A DNA stretch of 64,000 bases from Octopus vulgaris. Taxonomy: Eukaryota. The stretch spans positions 72,354,001-72,418,000 of the forward strand of contig OX597818.1 in the NCBI GenBank assembly GCA_951406725.2, written 5' to 3'. A model generated the notes under the pieces. It made no database searches and was not told the DNA's origin. It worked only from the letters and a program-made list of their open reading frames with translations. Shown here piece by piece: positions 13,030-26,637 of this stretch. The translations under genes were made by a program, and so were the position numbers. The first letter of the stretch is position 1. Every line of letters starts with the position of its first letter.

Positions 13030-13560
13030 AACTACTCGGATTCAGATGATCTTGATCCTCCACCCACATTTCTCTTCTATCATATGTAATGATAGTTCCT
13101 CTCAGTGACATCCAGAATCACCTCTTAACTTATCAACGTATGTCTTCATATGGCATCCAATGCAATTTTGACCATACGAAGGCGTTTTAGCGTTTTAGCT
13201 GCTTTCTTGAGAAACTCTTATGTAGCAGTTGCTGCTTCCATGCTCTCTTGATTTATTTGGATCTTGCACCTGATCCTCCACTCACATACCTGTCCACTTT
13301 TCCTTGTATATCTTGTAGGGTTAGGAGATGATCGCTTTCGCCTAGATGTTGATTAGGATGGCCACAACAGCCGGCTGATATTTTTGACTGTTACTAACCT
13401 ACTTAGTTTGGGGTAAAACCTAGTCTCATTTTTATTGCCCTTTAGGGAATGCTTTTCGTTTCCAATTTAGCTGAAAAATTTACTCATATTATGTCGATCT
13501 CAGTAACTCTTACCACATAGGTTTCGAATGCCAGACTGACTTCCGACACATTCCTCTTAG
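13030..13560 (-). mobile_element. degraded RTE-clade LINE 3' remnant
   Basis: Minus strand GCHMKTYVDKLRGDSGCH*EELSLHM resembles the RTE C-terminal GRPxxTYxDxLxxDxG motif. Confidence 0.45.
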
Positions 13561-13583
13561 TTTCTATATCACTCACTTCAGCT

Positions 13584-13652
<69 letters not shown>

Positions 13653-14518
13653 TATATTTATATACAAATACATAGGTATTTATGGCTATGTATTTATATA
13701 TAATTATTCTTCTACATGCTTCGTAGAGAATTGATTCAGGCACATCCAAAGACGATGTTCTTCCAATTTTTTTCCACACGTTTCCTACCAGTGTCCGACA
13801 GCTTGATTAATTCAGAAGCTAGATTAAGTGTCGTGAGAGTCCAAGGTTTATAATCTTTTAGTTTTGCTGAAAACTGTGCTGCTGGTAATAATGCATGTTT
13901 TTAATTACTGCTATTTGTGGTTGATGTCGACAAGTCGGGTCAGTGGTAGTGGAGATGATGTTGGTGGTGGCGGTAATGGATTTCGTTGTTCGTTTTGTCA
14001 TTACTATTGTTGTCGTCATCGTTGATGCTGTTGCCTTCCTTTATTGTTGCAATGGCCGTAGCACTTATATTGGTGGTGACGCTGGTGGTGGCAGCGGCAA
14101 TAGCAATAATGATATGATCCCTTACCGCTATTTTATTGTTGTTGTTGTAGTTGTCACTATCATTACCACCTCTGGTAGTGTTGATGAGCGTGCAGCTAAG
14201 GTTGTTGTCAGCGATTAACAGTGAGAAGGTGTTGCAATAAATGCTATCAACAGCTATCTTCTTTCTCCATTGTAATTTTTAAAATTCAATCACCATGATT
14301 TGAAATTTTGAAAAAATAGAATGTAAAGTTAGGATGTAAAATAATTTACAGATATTCCTCAAACAACTGAAAGCTAAGCAGAATGAGCCATTTCCTACGA
14401 TACTGGTGGCTTTACTAAGGCAACATTACAGCAATTTCTATGAAAGGGTCCGCTGAAACAAGCTAGTACACTTACGCAGGATCTCGTGGGTGTCGTCAAT
14501 AGCTAAGCTAAATGTAGA

Positions 14519-14571
<53 letters not shown>

Positions 14572-14596
14572 CGCAAAGAATAATAGGAATAATAAT

Positions 14597-14797
14597 GCTT
14601 TCAAATTTTGGCACAATGTCAGCAACTTTTTGATGAGGTGAGTCTAGTGGTATACATAGACCCCAGTGTTCAACAGTTACTTACTTTATCGAGCACGAAA
14701 GGATGAAAGGCTGAAATTGAACTCAGAGCAAGAAGACGGACGAAATGCCGCTAAGCATCTCTGTCCGGCGTGCTAACGGTTTTGTCCGCTCGCCGCT
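14597..14797 (-). mobile_element. SINE family B
   Basis: ttttggcacaa...cgaaaggatgaaaggc...gaaatgccgctaagcat...gctcgccgc, the reverse complement of the family B body and head. Confidence 0.8.
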
Positions 14798-14854
14798 ATC
14801 AACAAATGTCAACAACAACAACAACAATAAGAATAATGATAATAATAAGATGAA

Positions 14855-16142
14855 AAATTAAACAACCATATAAAGGAAAAGCAAAAACGTGAGTAGCTGC
14901 ACTGAGTGAGATAAATACTGGCTTCAAAGCTGAATATCAGGAACATAATTTCGGCAGTAAACTCGTGCACAGTCGCAGTTTGTTCGCTATGTCGCTGGAA
15001 TCCTGAAGTGGAGAGAGGAGGAGGTAAAGGAGATGGACAGGAAGTCAAGAAAGCTTCTAACGATGCATGGAGCCTATCATCCACGTGAAGACACTGATCG
15101 CCTAAACATGAAGGGAGCAACTGGAAGAAGGAGACTGATAAGTCAGGAAGACTGTACGTATCGAACTCATACGTATCGAACGCATAAAAGAGATTTATGC
15201 GATACCTAGTCCAAACCTTGCTAATGTCAGTTAGGAACGAGGGAGTGTTGAAAGCAGAGAAAAAAGGAAAAACGAAGGAATAAGTACAAAAAGAAGATGA
15301 AGAAGAATTACCCAACAAGGGACTACACAATCAATTCCATATAGCCACAACAGAGGTTGCTGCAGAAATAGGGGGATTGGCTGAAGAAAGGAACACTTTA
15401 AAAAAAGAGACCGAGAGCACTATACTGGCAGCGCAAGATCACGCTTTGGCTACAAACTGGAGGGTCGACCTTTGGAAAGAGTAAGTGTCCCGCTGTGCGG
15501 CAGCTATAATAGAATGGACGAAACCATTGCCCATATTACAAATGCTCCACACCACTGCAAGTTGTGGCGGCGCGACCGGGTTGCGAAAGTGCTACCTTGG
15601 AAACTGTGCGAAAATCGGGGGCTAGAGAGAGGCATGACGTGGTATGAGCACAAACTGCAGAGAGTAGCGGAGTCAGAGACTAGCAAATTCCGCTGGGATT
15701 TCCCAGTCCAAACAGATCACTTGTTAGAACATAACAGACTAGACCCATTGGTGGTCAATAGGATGCATGATATGTGCTATATAGTCGATGTTGCATAATC
15801 CTTTGACCCACGAATAGTCAAGAAGAAAGGCGAAAAATAGATAAAACGAACCCTGTTAAGTACGGAATAACCCAGCTATGGAAAATGAAGAGGTGAAGAT
15901 AGTGCCAGGTATTGTTGCGTCGTTGGGATCAATATAAGAAGGCATCAAGTGGAATATCAAGGAAATAAGAATAGGTTGCTAAGTAGAATTATTACAAAAA
16001 TGTTTGCCTCTTGACACGGCCAGAATAACCAGGAAAGTATTAGCGGAAAATAATGGATAGCATGGTACCGTAGGCTGCAGGCAGCAAGCCGGCTACGCAT
16101 GCAATACTCGAAGAGTTCCAACAAAGCCTGTGATAAAAAGAA

Positions 16143-16143
<1 letters not shown>
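14855..16143 (+). mobile_element. degenerate R4/Dong retrotransposon, 3' half
   Basis: TMHGAYHP, KKETESTILAAQDHAL, ORF 15472-15798 (WDFPVQTDHLLEHNRLDPLVV...IVDVA, RLE PD..D region). Ends in (TAA)n at 16144. Confidence 0.8.
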
Positions 16144-16200
<57 letters not shown>

Positions 16201-16204
<4 letters not shown>

Positions 16205-16951
16205 ATTGAAACAGTGGACCACCTAATCTCTGGATGTAAGATTGAAACAGTGGACCACCTAATCTCTGGATGTAAAGTCTTAGCACCAGTGGAGTATAAA
16301 TTAAGACATGACAGAGTTGGCCAATATCTACACTGGCTAATAAGTCGGCATTACAATATCAAAACTGCCGACAAGTGGTATAATCACCACCCTGAGGCTG
16401 TAACTGAAGGAGAAAATGTAACCATTCTGTGGGACTTTCCAGTACATACAGACCGAACCATCAAGGCCAATAAACCAGATATTGTTGTGAAAGACCAAAA
16501 CAATAAAGTTTGCTTATTGATCGACATGAGCATCCCCTGTGATCATAATATCTCAGCGAAAGAGTTTGACAAGCTCAGAAAATATAAAGACCTACTCATT
16601 GAAATTGAGAAAATGTGGCATCTCAAGGCGGTTACAATACCAGTGATCGTAGGAGCACTAGGAATGATCAAGAAGGGAACCGAAAATTATATGAGAATGA
16701 TCCCTGGCTTACCATCCCTGCAAGGAGTGCAAAAGATTGTCTTAACTGGTACATCACACGTATTGAGAAGAGCATTGTCGATGTGAGAACTGTTGCTGCT
16801 CATGTATTTTAATTTAACTTAAAAAAAAAAATGAACGAACTATTGAGTTTGGTTTAATGGCCTACCAATGTATACTATGAGTTTCTTTGCCCTAGGAGTC
16901 GAGAAGACACTCGGCAAGAAATGGAAGCAAATTTGAAAGAAGAAAAAAAAA
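16201..16951 (+). mobile_element. 5'-truncated R4/Dong copy with an uninterrupted RLE endonuclease frame (to 16786)
   Basis: ETVDHLISGC...RHD...WDFPVHTDRTIKANKPDIVV...LLIDMSIP...KYKDL...IPVIVGALG. Flanked by (TAA)n on both sides; 3' UTR hairpin near 16881-16922. Confidence 0.92.
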
Positions 16952-16982
16952 GTAATAATAATAATAATGATAATAATTATAA

Positions 16983-19975
16983 GAGAACACCGGGGGACGT
17001 TTAACATGTGAGAGCGAAAAAACAGTGCTCCGAAATCTATCCACAAACATCGGAAATAAAGACATCGCATGGAGCCAAAAAATAGCTGACAAACGTTTGG
17101 ACTATATCCGAGTAAATAATACTCATTGAAATGATGTATTCTAACTGGATATCACCTCCAAAGCACATGTAAACATGCTTGATACATTACGATCTATCAA
17201 CACCAGACTATCTCCGACCCCAAACGCCATGTACAAAAAAATTACCAATAAATTAAACAATACCGGTATTATTCAACCCAAGAATAACAGTCGGGAAGTA
17301 CGTACTTTGAACTTGTTACACAAAAAGTACGAAAAACTACACGTGCAAAACAATTTGACAACAAAAATAAACGGACCGGTACCCTACGAAAATGATGATC
17401 GTCAAAACAAAGGGCCGGACGTTGTTCCTCATGTCCCGCAAATAAAACCAAAAAGGCATCAATGGACACGTGAGGAATATATTTCAATACTACACGCTTA
17501 CTTTACAGCAATGCTCTACTCAAGGAACGAAAACACAACAACATATACATGTAAAATATGGAAGAAAAATAACTTAAATAAAAACTTGGGATACAGCAAT
17601 AAACCCTAATAAACTAGCTAACGTACGAAGATATATTCTCAACGCAAAAAACAAATATCAGAAATAGAAATAGAACATTTAAAATAAGAAATACATCAGG
17701 AAAATGTAGATAGAAGCCACACAACAATGCCAAATAATATAAACACTGAGATAGTAAAGCACGAAGACAAACGTAACATTTCCAACAAAAACGAAGTAAA
17801 CAAAACCAACAAACCCAGACCGTACGAAAAGCAGCAAACCAATACACGACAGACAAACATACGAATGAGAAAGAAAGCGACACAGATCTAAAACCTGCAA
17901 ACAACGAAGGGGAGCCTAATGATTATGATACTATAAAAAGTAGAATAATCAAAGAACTGAAAACCACAGATCTCAGAATGGACCACCGACCATACCTCCC
18001 AACAATCAAAATAGACAAAAAACAACATCAATAATAAATAGCACAAACCTAGCCGTCACGGAACTAATAGCCACTGAAACAAATAGCAATATCACTGATT
18101 TAAATGACATAGTATATGCAGCAGCCACTGTATCCACAAAAGAAGCTGGATACCAACTCAAACCCATCCAAACAGGAGTACCATCACCCAAACAGACCCT
18201 GTGGATAGATAACATAACAAAAAAATACAAAAAATGAGAAAAGAACTGTCGATTCTTAACGAAATTAGTAGACAATCTACGCTACTTAGCAAGAAAAAGA
18301 AAACAAAAATACTGTGCAAATACAACATCACAGAAAAAGATTTACCCGAGATAAAAGAAAAGCTAAAGCAAGATATCCTTGCCAAAGCGCAAAGGATCCG
18401 CCGGTATGAGAAAGGCCAACGTTTCTTTGAACAAAACAAACAGTTCAACTCCAACCCCAAAAAGTTCTACCAAGAACTCGGCAAAAATAAAATAGACATC
18501 ACTGCAGCACCAACGGCAGAAGAAGTGGAAGAATTCTGGAAAGAAATATGGTCGGCGAATGAACAACCACAGAAAACGAGTATTAAAACAACAAACTTAG
18601 CATCTGAGCAACTCCGGACCCCCATAACAACTGAAGAGATCACCCAGGCACTGCAAAGACTAAGCAACTGGAAGGCACCTGGGCACGACAATATCCCCAA
18701 CTTCTGGTTGAAATATCTGACAGGAATGCACAAAAAGCTGGCTGAAAATTTTAACAACATACTGGCAGAGCCAGAGACAATGCCTGAATGGCTCACGAAA
18801 GGGAAAACCACATTAATTCCCAAATCGAATTAAACGGCAAAACCAGAAAACTACAGACCTATAACCTATTTCCCTACTATGTACAAAGCCTTTACTGCAG
18901 TAATATCGCAAAGATTGAACAAGCACCTGGACGAAAACAACCTGTTTCCAGAAGAGCAGAAAGGATGCCGCAAGGGCTCATATGGCTGTAAAGATCAACA
19001 AATGATCAATAAAGCCATAACTGAAGACATCCGCAGAAAGAAGAAAGGCCTCAGTATGGCCTGGATCGACTACCGAAAGGCGTTTGATAGCATCCCCCAC
19101 ACGTGTATCCTCGAAAGACTAGCCATTAACAAGGTAGTACCAACAATTATAAAATACATAGGACACTCTATGAATAAATGGCAGACAGTGCTACAGCTCC
19201 AAACAAAAGAGGGACTCGTGAAAACCAAAGCCATCCCCATTAGAAGAGGAATATTCCAGGGAGACACGCTCTCTCCACTCCTTTTCTGCTTGGCACTGAC
19301 ACCTCTATCTGATATGCTAAATAGAACTGGATGCGAATACAAATGTTACGGCAAAACGATCAGCCACCTTTTATATACAAATGACAAACAGCTGAAGAAA
19401 TATATATGAAAGAAATATATATGAAATTTGGATTAGAAAAATGCACCAAAGTAACCCTGAAAAGAGGAAAACTAGTTAAGAGTAGCAACATCACACTAGA
19501 TAAAACCAATGAAATACGAGAATTAGACCAAAGCCAAACTTAGAAATATTTAGGAATCCATGAACTAGATAAGACACAACACACACAAATGAAAGAGAAA
19601 ATTAAAAAAGAATATTATAGATGAGTTAGATCAATACTAAAAACGGAACTCAATGCTAAAAACAAGATAACAGGTATTAGCACTTTAACCGTCCCAGTTA
19701 TAAGTTACAGCTACAATATCCTTAACTGGACACTAAATGAACTAACCAAAATAGATAGGAAATCAAGAAAAATAATGACAGGATCTAGGATGCATCACCC
19801 AAAATCTGACATAGAAAGGCTATATAAACAACGTATAGAAGGTGGTAGAGGCCTTATACAGCTGGAAAATTATTATATAATAACCACCATAGGACTGCAA
19901 AAATATCTAAAAAAGAACAGCAGGACAACGGAAAAAAAAACAACTGTAGAAAACTGGAAGATCTACTGTTTTCTG
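16983..19975 (+). mobile_element. R4/Dong retrotransposon, 5' end through RT thumb, 3'-truncated pseudogene
   Basis: N-terminal KRHQWTREE (Myb-like) and NKLANVRR; RT motifs WKAPGHDNIPNFWLK, EQKGCRKGSYGCKDQ, WIDYRKAFDS, GIFQGDTLSPLLF. YMDD segment deleted; HHPKSDIERLY. Starts immediately after (TAA)n. Confidence 0.9.
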
Positions 19976-20651
19976 TGAGTAATTTGAATTTCCCTCAAAA
20001 TAAGTTAAAAAAACTTACATATCTACAGCTCATACAAACGTACACCTAACAAGAAAAATTAGAAACATAAATATCTCCAATTCTGTGTGAACATTTACAT
20101 TTAGTCGTTTCTCATAACTATAAGAATGTGTAAAATTGCCTTTTAAATTACCTTTTATTGTAACAACACAATTAAATGCACGATAAAAAGTTATGGAATT
20201 AAGCACCTACTAATATATACATACAACTAAATTCAGAAATTAAAAAAATATATACATAACATTGAACTCAGAAAGTTTTTTATTTAAAAAAATCATCAAC
20301 GTAAATATCAGATAATATGTGTGAGTGAGTATACATATACATATACATATGTTTGTGGAGAGGAAGAAAAGAGAAAGAAAAAGGGAAAAAATAAAATAAA
20401 ATAAATAAATGTAAACAGGCTTGACCTTTTACTGACCATTAACGTCCTTTGTCTCCACCATCGGCCGAATCTATTTATAGACCCAAAGAACATGAATTCT
20501 TTAACCAACCATTCTCCCACACAATGACAGTAGGAGTGTTGATAGTGGCTGAGGCTACACATAAAACAATGTCATTGATGATGATGATGGTGATGGTGAT
20601 GTTGCTGATGATGGTGTTGGTGGTGAAGGTGATAGTAATAACAATAATAAC

Positions 20652-23600
20652 TGACAGATCCCGTCTTTTTCCCTTTTTTTTCTTTTCCTTCTCTGTATTT
20701 TATTCTCATTATTTCGAACTAATACAGGCAGAGTGAGCCTTGAAGAAAGGAAGAGGGGAAAAAAATGTTCGGAGATAAAACTATCAACAAAAAAATACAG
20801 ACGAATATAGATCCGATAGTCTTAAGAAGCGGCGCTATGAGCAATGCTTACATGTAGTGAACCCTAAACTGACAGATCCATCTCCTAATATAAGAATAGA
20901 AGCTCGTCATGCTTCAAGGCCAACAAATCAAACAATAAGCCGCATTTTTCGTTGCGCGGATTACAAAAGACCACGTACCCGAAAATTGAACCAAATTCTG
21001 ATTGAAAAATCAGCTACTGGATCAAATCTTCCCAACACACAGGAGCTGGACGTACCCCACAACTGGAATATTCCAACAGATGGCCATCCATGCTCATCAC
21101 CAAATAATCAAAAGAAAAAGAAGGAAAAATGGTCTAGGGAAGATAATAAAGAAGTTCTTGAGGCCTTCTACCATGCCATATATTTCCCCACAGATAAATC
21201 TAACACTGTACAAGCATACTTAAACTGGAGACAGAAACACCCAAAAGTAAGACCCTACATAGACAGTAACAAACTTGCCAACGTCAGAAGAAACATTATA
21301 AAAAAGAAATTACTGACTGAAGTAGAGATTGATCAAGTTAGACAAGCAGTATCGGATAAAATGAACGAAGCTGCAGCTAGAGAAGATAATACAGAGGAAA
21401 TAATTATAGACCAGCCCAGGGCTGATAAAAACGAAGTGAGGATTGAAAGAGTTAGTATAAGTGATAGGCAAAGTGAAATACTCCCTGAACCAATCATAAA
21501 CACTAAGACAGATGAGCATCAAATAGATAAAGAAAGTCACACAAATATTGACCCAACAGAACTACATGAGCTAAAAAATCAAATCATGATTGAATGGCTG
21601 AAAATTAAAGAAACCAGCATGGATGAACGTGATACACTTCCTAAAATCCGCAACTCTAACCAAAACATGAAAATGGTAAAATCCGGCTTGCACTTAAGGA
21701 TATAATTTCAGTTAATGATATTGATATCACAAACCTCAACCACCTATACTATGCATCCGCGAAAATTTCAACGATCCTATGTGGTGTGAAGATTAGAAAA
21801 CGGCAACATTCCCACAAAAAGCCTTCTTGGCAAGAGCGTCTGCAACAACAAATTAAAATATTTAGATCTGACATTGAATATTTGAAAAACCTTAAGGCTC
21901 ACAAGACTACCAAACCTACAAAAACCCAAAAATTACTGAAAAAATACAATATGAAAACTATACTTGATATTGATGCCACCATAGAAACCATCAAACAAAA
22001 GGTATCTGCCAAAGCTGCCCGCATAGCGAGGTATGGAAAGCGTGTTAGATTTTTCAAGGACAATAACATGTTCAAAAATAACACCAAGAATTTTTACAGG
22101 AAGATAGGAAAAACAGCGTTTACTGCAGGGTCTGTACCATCAAAAGAAGAAGTGCAGGGATTTTGGAATAAAATCTGGGCAGAAGAAAAAACACACAACG
22201 AAAAGGTCCCCTGGATTGACAGAATATCTACAGAACTGGACCCCTTAGAAGAGCAAAAGTGGGAGGGTGTCAAGGTAGAGGATATAAGATCTGCTCTCAG
22301 GAGGTCAAGCAAATGGAAGTCTCCAGGAAAGGATAAAATTCCTAACTTCTGGCTGAATGCCTTCCCAGAGAACCATGAACTGCTAACAGAACTGTACAAT
22401 GATGTTTTACAACACCCTAGTAGGATGCCTCCTTGGCTAGTTAATGAGTTAACATTCCTGCTTCCAAAAAGTGAAGAAACAAATTAACCAAAAAACTATA
22501 GACCCATAACCTGCTTAACAACTATGTACAAAACGCTAACATCTGTCCTGACGGAATATACCTATAGTTTTTTAACAGACAACAGCATATTCCCTAATGA
22601 ACAGAAAGGATGTAAACGTGGATCCTACGGCTGTAAAGACCAACTACTCATCAATAAGATGATCTTAGAAGATTGTCACAAACGACACAAAAACTTATCA
22701 ATAGCCTGGATAGACTATAAAAATGCTTTTGATAGCCTACCACATAGCTGGATTAGGAAATGCCTGGAAATGTATAAGATAGCACCTACTCTGCGAAACT
22801 TCTTGACTGTAAGTATGAGATCATGGAGAACCACACTAACTCTGAACAGTGACAATGAATCCCTAAATGCTGGAGTTGTAAAAAATTCGTGTGGCATTTT
22901 CCAGGGTGACTCACTGTCACCACTCCTCTTTTGTTTATCCTTAATACCTCTCTCAAAGCTGCTCAATGATGCGCAGTATGGGTATAAAATGTTTGATAAA
23001 AATATAAATCATTTCATTTACATGGATGATTTAAAGCTTTTTGCAAAAAATGACCAACAACTCAAGGGCTTACTAGCGATAGTCAAACAATTCAGTGACT
23101 ACATCAGAATGCAATTCGGCCTCGATAAATGTGCAAAAGCTACCTTTATCAAAGGAAAAATGACAGAAACATCTAACGTTAACCTTGACTTGCAGAATGT
23201 CATAAAAGAACTAGACCCAGCGGAGAGCTACAAGTAGTTAGGGGTAATTGAAGGGAATGGAATAAGGCATTCAGAGATGAAGGAAAGGATCAGGAGAGAA
23301 TGATATCGAAGAGTGAGAGCAATACTCAAGACAGAGCTGAATGCAAGAAACAGGATCGAAGCGATCAATGCATTAGCTATACCAGTCGTGACTTACAGTT
23401 TCAATATTGTTAACTGGTCAATTACTGAAATATGTCAGCTCGACAGAAAGATAAGGAAACTGTTGACAATGCATAGAATGCACCACCCTAAGGCAGATAC
23501 AGAACGACTCTATCTGCCAAGAAAAGAGGGAGGCCGTGGTCTTTTACAACTGGCAATAACAATGAAGATTGCTACAATTGGCCTAGACACCTACCTGAAA

Positions 23601-24832
23601 AACTCTGAGGACTGGATGTTAAAACTTGTCTCAAAACATGAAAACAAGAAAGCATCATACTCAGTCACAAAACAGGCAAAGGAATATCTAAGTGAATTTC
23701 GAATACAACCAATTTCGGAATTAGAGATAGAGATACAAGAAACAAGCACAGAAAAAGCCAAGCGCATGAAAACCCGTGCCAAAACTTAGATATTCTGAAT
23801 AATAAATGGCAAGAAAAACCTCTCTATGGCAAATACCCAAAGAGAGCGAATAATGCAGATATTGACAAAGCCCTGACCCATCAATGGCTAATGGCCTCTG
23901 GCTTAAAATCTGAAACAGAGGGGTTTATCATAGCAGCTCAAGATCAATGCCTACCAACAAGAAACTACCAGGCCAACATATTAAAGAACGGCAGTAGCCC
24001 AACATGTCGTGTATGCCGACAACAAATTGAAACCATTGATCATGTTGTCTCCAAATGCAGTCTTCTAGCGCCTACAGAGTACCTCAACAGGCATGATAGA
24101 GCTGCACAATATATTCACTGGGTAATTTGCAAAAACCTGGATTTGCCCCATGAAAAAAACTCGTAGGAACACAATCCACCTCCAGTGCTTGAAAATGACC
24201 ACATCTCACTCCTCTGGAACTTCACCATTCAAACTGACAGGAAGATAGATGCAAATAGGCCAGACATCATATTGAAAGACTTCAGACAAAGAACATGCCT
24301 CCTCATTGATATGACTGTCCCAATCGATATAAACGTATCTGTCAAGACCTACCAAAAACTGAGCAAATATAAAGATCTTGAAATAGAAATCAGCAAAATG
24401 TGGAAGCTTAAGACTAAAACAATACCTGTTGTCATAGGTGCCCTGGGAATGATAGCGAAAGGGACTAATTGCTACCAAACTCAGATACCGGGAAACCCCA
24501 AAATGGCAGAAATTCAAAAGATAGTGCTCATGGGAACTGCTCATATCCTACGCAAAATACTCTCTATGTAATCCCAAGGTTTAAAACAAACTTTTTTAAA
24601 ATTTATTTATTTATTTATTTTATTTTGTTTTATTTTTTAAATTTAAATTTTAATTTTTTATTTATTTTTTTAAAAATTTTATTTTTATGTATTAGACATT
24701 CACTAGTACAACACAAAAAAACAAAAAAAACCCAAATATATGGCACAGAACTTCCAACCTGTTGTCTCTTGAGGTCTCTGGGTGAGACTTGGAGCCAACT
24801 TGTACAGACATAAAGCAAAAGTCAAACATAGA
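20652..24832 (+). mobile_element. near full-length R4/Dong non-LTR retrotransposon (Myb-like, RT, CCHC, RLE), inactivated
   Basis: Collinear ORF pieces 20857-24571: KWSREDN, NKLANVRR, WIDYKNAFDS, IFQGDSLSP, YMDD, CRVC..H....C, RPDII...LLIDMTVP...KYKDL. About 2 frameshifts and 4 in-frame stops; ~260-bp 3' UTR, then (TAA)n at 24833-24905. Confidence 0.95.
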
Positions 24833-24834
24833 AC

Positions 24835-24905
<71 letters not shown>

Positions 24906-24906
<1 letters not shown>

Positions 24907-25434
24907 TGCTCTAATGCATTACCATGTAGTGGCTCTCATGGCTTCTGATTTTAACTGATTGGAAGTGTTTTCATGTACCTTGTTTTGTCTTGGTATAAAA
25001 GATGAGCTACAACAAATATTCTGCTCAATACTACAGATTTGTTTGTCAGTTGTTTGACCTTATCCAGTTGAGCATGTCCTTTGGTGGTTGATGATATGTA
25101 CATCTCTGATCACAAGCAGTAGTGGGGGAGTATCGTAGCCATATGTTGAAAGAAATTATTTGGGGTTTAGATAATTCACGTTTGGAAACATGGGTGTTTC
25201 ATTCAACATCCTTTTGAGCGGGATGGGCTACTCGACCAGAAGAAAATTCTAACTGGACTCCACCTGCAATGTCGTGCGCTGTTTATCTTGTAATGAGATC
25301 ATCATGTCGCGCACATATAGTTGTGAGACATGTGATTGGTGTACCCTTATCAGACGAGTATTCATGACGGGTATACTGGGCTACGTATATTTTACTCCAT
25401 TGTCAATTTGATGGCATGCACTGCTCTCTCACGC
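24906..25434 (+). mobile_element. ~540-bp non-coding (TAA)n-inserted element, full-length copy 1
   Basis: Homologous over its length to 32723-33192 (+) and 47182-47782 (-). Bounded by TAA repeats; ends gcactgctctctcacgc-aataat. Confidence 0.85.
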
Positions 25435-25442
25435 AATAATAA

Positions 25443-25942
25443 CTAGCTGGACCCGTGAAAAATTCACGGAAAATATAAAAAATGTAAGTATCTGTAAATT
25501 GTGTGCTGGTGCCATGAGAAATGTTTCTGCATTGTGACAGTTACAGAATGTAGAAAGAAGTGTAAAACTATATAATCCAACCAAAATTTCTCAATTATGC
25601 AAATGTAAAGAGAATCACTATTTAGCCTTAAAATACAAAGTAAATATTCAAAGAATCGTCTTGGTTTATAGCCCTGCTTTCCAACGTGGGAAGCATAGTA
25701 ATATTTTGGTGGGGCATGGTAATATTTTGGTGGGGCATATAATATTTTGGTGAGGAATGCATAGTGTTATGTTGAATTTATACCTTTTGTACACAATGAT
25801 TAGAATACCAATAAAAGAGAGAGGTGCAATTCGAGAACGAGTTATTAAAAAAAAAAGAATTCTTTATATAACTTCGGGGGACAATTTTATCAAATTTTTG
25901 ACACTTTAGAGACAACAGATCGTTTTCATCATATTTATAAGA
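25443..25942 (-). mobile_element. non-autonomous Helitron (500 bp)
   Basis: Minus strand A|TCttataaatat ... ccgtgaa-ttt-ttcacgg hairpin ... CTAG|T. Internal aatattttggtggggcat repeats x3 (~25700-25760). The 5' end is less certain than the 3' end. Confidence 0.65.
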
Positions 25943-26558
25943 TCTGATGTCACTCAAGAGAGAATAAGATTATTTCCTTTGATTTAGTCTGTGGTATGTG
26001 AAAACATATTGGTAATTACAAACGTGTATTCGTGTGTGTGTTTGTGTGTGCGTACGTGCGTACCTGCATGTATGAAGTATAGGACTGGTCAGTACTGAAA
26101 GCAATACAATCTTAATTCTCTATGGAGAAATAAACAGCAGGAGAGAGACTTTTGTGTGTGGGTGTTCTAAGCGCAGTGACTATTTTATCTCTGGCGACAT
26201 AAAATTCTAGGTACACAAGAAAATGTGGTGCTGCAGACTGTTGATAGAGCATGGCGTTGGGGTTGAAAGAATTGAATGGTGTGAAATGGGTTGAAATGGA
26301 GTGGAAGTAAGTGGTAGAAATGGGGTGGAAGTAAATGGAACAAAAATGCAATAGAGACAATAAAACATTCAGACAGATAGACGATACAATGGATGACAGG
26401 GGAAACAACAATTAGAAGGACAGGCAAAAAAGACGGGTCATTCATGGTCTTCTTTCTTCAGTCAAGTATACCAGAAGTCCTTACTGTTTCACGCAGTTAC
26501 ACTTGAGACAGTTTGATCTGGTTGCTCTCCAAGAGTTTAAGCTAAGAACATTAGACTT

Positions 26559-26637
<79 letters not shown>

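Noticed and set aside
14475-20470. Further minus-strand micro-exon candidates (~14476-14502, ~20437-20470)
   Set aside because: Plausible splice sites, but no homology or phase link to other exons; indistinguishable from chance.
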